A DNA stretch of 64,000 nucleotides from NCBI GenBank assembly GCA_964016885.1, contig OZ024749.1:51956001-52020000 (forward strand), written 5' to 3'. A program made the translations under genes and the position numbers. The notes under the pieces were generated by a model. It worked only from the letters and a program-made list of their open reading frames with translations, did not search any database and was not told the DNA's origin. Position 1 is the stretch's first letter, and every line of letters begins with the position of its first letter. Below are positions 60,218 to 64,000 of the stretch, in pieces. The stretch comes from Eledone cirrhosa. Its lineage: Eukaryota.

Positions 60218-63049
60218 AATATTGTGTACAGTGCTCAGGTGCACTACAACTCATCATGCTATGACTTGATCACTATATTTTCTTATAAAAAAAAAAGAAA
60301 AAAATAGAATTGAAGGAAATTGACAAAATATATCTATTCTTCTAAACTTATTAAAAAATTACAATGTAATCCATCAATTTTGATTACTTTATATATTTTA
60401 CTTGCCAAAAATCAATACCCACATTATCTATTTCATATTTCCTAGCTTAATGTGTGCATTGGAGCATTTACAAAAATCCTCCGTTTCACTTTACTCTTTT
60501 CATACGTTGGTTTAGTGTGCACAAATCATATTTTAAATGCTATCATACAAAAACCTAATTTGTTATAGTTTGATGGAGTTATGTTACTCAAGTGTCAATG
60601 AGTTAGACAGGTTGTCACGATTTGAGACCAGACTGGTTAGGGAACCTCATTTTTCTCATGTTGCATCACTGACAGTTTAACAGCTGGTTGCCATTTCTAA
60701 CGTCAACCATTTTACAGTGTACTCCGTGCTTTTTTATTGACACCACCACTAGTGAGTTTGCTATGTCAACTGTTTCAAATATTGCAGAAACTAAAGCTGT
60801 CTTTTGTATCCATTTCAGAGTCTTCATTTTTGTCATATAATATCAAAATTTGGATTTGAAGAAAGAATCACCATAGTGAATCTTACCTAATACCTACATA
60901 ACGCACAGGGTCATTTGTCTGTCTGGCTATTTTTTTTCATCTTCAGACATTCTTACTGTCAATTAAATACTTCAGTTTTTACCCTGGTTATCTTCAAACC
61001 TCTTTGTTAAAATGTAAAAACCTCTAGGTTAATAACAGTTTCAAATATCAGTAAAATGTTTCACACACAAAAACCCTGAAATAACTAGTCTTTATTTGGT
61101 TAATATATTATTTGTCTAAAACAATTATTATAAAATAACAGAAATTAACCATAAAACATGTTTATGCTTGTAATATCTTTTTCAAAAGATTATAAACGTT
61201 CAATGTACATATTTTAAAGAATTCTTTAAACCGAAAACCTACAGTAAATATATATTATAGAATAATTTGTAGGGTTTTTAGCTAGGTACAATTTACATAG
61301 ATGTTGTACATGTTGTTGGCAAGGTAATTTATTATCAATAACTGCCCAATAAAGAGTCGGGATGACTCTTCTACTCTGTTAAAGACATGACAACACCCCT
61401 AGTGTTGGTGACATGATAAAATGCAGTCAGTAGAGAGTAGGAATATGTGTAAGCAGAAGTAATATTCCAAATATCAGTCTACTAATGAAAATGTTAGCTA
61501 TTTTATTAAATTACTCCAAATTTTGCATTATTTTTACAAATTAATTGAAACACATAGGCAGTGTATTTTATCAGAAATATACCAACCAGAGGAAAAGTAT
61601 TTGATTTGGTTTTAATGTACAATAAGTAAGTTAGGTAAGGATGAATGGGCTGACAAGAAAGGTTCATTGGGATTAGCAATGAATTACACAAGGAATATTG
61701 TATTTAAGATTATAAAATTGGATATCTTTCCTTGAGAATGGTCCAAATAGAAACTTAACCAACATTAAAGCATGAGTTACTAATCATCATCATCATTATC
61801 ATTTAACTTCCATTTTTCTATGCTTGCATGGGTTAGCTGAGTTTATGAGACAAGTCAGGTCTAGAGATCAACATGCTCATACAGATCTGTATTTTGGCTA
61901 GTTTTCTACGGTCAGATACCCTTTCTAATACCAACCACTTTACAGTGTGGACTTGGGTGCTTTTTATCATGATACCGAAATGACCAGTAATAACAGCACA
62001 AAAATTATCTGAGAAGTGGCTTTACTTGATAATGAAAGTGTGAAGAATCAACATTTAGTCAGTACATGGAACCGAGATTTAAAGTTTTAGAGTAACACCA
62101 AAGAAAGTTAGTTGTAGTTATACAAGATGCAGAGGAGGAACTAACAGAAGATGCTGTAAATGATATGAATGAAGTCTAGAAATCATTCAGTAGACTCTCC
62201 AGAAGTAGCAAACCCTTTCTGTTACCAAGGTGACATAATTAGTACTGGAGGTGGTGGTTCTTAATGGCTAAGAATGGGAGTTTGTAGAGCTGTTTCCTCT
62301 GTTGTTAACAAAGGGTCTTTCTCTCTTTCTCTCTCAAACACACACACACTTTCTGCAAAGGGGAGATTATTTGAAACATGTGTGACACTGTTGTAGTGAA
62401 TGAGTCATGGTCACTGAGTGCAGAAGATCTGCAAAGGATTGCAATTAGTGTAGTCTGCTGAGTAAGCAACAGTAGATGTCACGAAAAACTAAGTACAAAT
62501 GGGCTGTGAAAGTGTCCAGGTATTAAAGTTAATTAGTAGATTTGTGCAGGAAAGGCAGTTAAGTTAGGATGGAAATGTAATGGATATAGATGGTTCTAGC
62601 TGGATGAAAAGTGTCAGGACTTGACACACATAGAAGTGGAACTGGAAAACAAACTGAGATAAATGTAAAGTTAGATTTTTACCCTTCTCACACCAAACTG
62701 TCCCAGGTTCTATAATACTAAACTATTTCTAAGAGTATATATTTATCTGTTCTATTTATATTTATAATGAAGGCACCTGACAGTGGTTAGAGAATTGGAT
62801 TCGCTAAGGTGAGGTTGCGAGTTCAATTCCTGGACCAGGTGATGTATTATGTCCTTCAGCAAGACACTTTATTTCATATTGCTCTTTCTGCCTGGAGTTG
62901 CAACCGGTAGATAGTATCAGCAATGGAAATATTGTTTCCTTGGTCTGATTTGACAAGTTCCACCACACCCGGTAAGCGAATGAAGTGTGGACCTTGTCAG
63001 TCGATTCGAGAATATTTATCTAAAATTCATCCATCATAATTTTAGGTAA

Positions 63050-63382
63050 GAACCTTTAAGTTATGTTCCAAACACCAACTTAATAATGAAAAAGGTTTAT
63101 ATTATTAAATCTCACCAAATTCTTGATTTTTCAAAATTATTTGAAAATAATAGGCAGTGTCTTTCATTAGAAATATGGTAATAAAAGGATTAAAGACATT
63201 GGTAGTGTCTTTCATTAGAAATATGATGAGAAGGTTAATGACATAAGCAGTGGCTTTTATTAGAAATATGATAATGAAAGGTTTAATGACATAGGCAGTG
63301 TCTTTCATTGGAAATATGGTAATGAGAGGGTTAATGACACAGGCGCAGTGTCTTTGATAAGAAATATGGTAACAAGGGTTAA
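63050..63382. mobile_element. Family-B MITE with five tandem copies (~47 bp) of its terminal segment
   Basis: aggcagtgtctttcattagaaatatggtaa..gggttaa reiterated from 63150 to 63382. Confidence 0.7.
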
Positions 63383-64000
63383 CCAAACCAGACCAGACCA
63401 TACCAACACAAAAAACAAAATATACACAATAATTCCAAAGCTTTGACTAGGAAATTTTATGAATATCTGACAAGAGAAATAAATATATCAGTGAATTTAC
63501 CACTCTGTGAACTCATCTAAACCCTACTGACATTGTGTTAAAACTATTGTCCACAAGATTTTATGTTGACTTATTTAACTGAGATTAAGCAACAATTATA
63601 TATAAGAGAATAAGAAAAATTAACAAAACTTAAATATATATTTTAGCTAACTATTCTATTCATAAGATTGTTATTGTTACAACTAACACTTATGTAGGTT
63701 TAGTTGGTCTCCTATAAGGTATCTCAAGAGACTCAATCGTACCATAAAAAGAATGGATGTCAGTCCTTTGTAGGGCGTCAAGTCCCAGCTGCTATTGGTA
63801 CTCTTTTTTTCCCTTTTTTCAGACAAGTGAAATAAAGTACAGCTCCATTCAGCAATCAAATCCATGATTTTATGATCATGAGTCCAACACCCTAATCACT
63901 AGGTCACACATATGGTGTATAATGTGAAACATGTATTTTTATAAAACACCTAACAGTATGGTAATCATAATTATTGGATTGTTTTTATTTTGTTGTAGTT

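Overview
AT-rich, intron-containing animal DNA. The SINE and RTE-tail repertoire suggests an octopod cephalopod (inference). I reconstructed five spliced genes by hand, with consistent splice sites and phases: a divergent Na+/K+-ATPase beta-subunit-like gene (+, 5 exons), WRAP53/TCAB1 (-, 11 exons), SNIP1 (+, 3 exons, head-to-head with WRAP53, ATGs ~250 bp apart), RNF7/RBX2 (+, 3 exons) and CUL3 (-, 19 exons seen; first exon probably beyond the window). CUL3 has a U12-type AT-AC intron almost filled by a ~3 kb G-rich minisatellite, and another intron holds a full-length but decayed piggyBac. Non-coding DNA contains piggyBac and Tc1/mariner MITEs, tRNA-derived SINEs, RTE/L1 tails, Penelope-like fragments and several minisatellites. 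The most unusual signal is a dispersed set of type I hammerhead-ribozyme motifs, probably Penelope-derived. One looks complete and lies in sense orientation in a WRAP53 intron. Three separate palindromes fold back at or next to a hammerhead catalytic core. All coordinates were read by eye and no searches were run.
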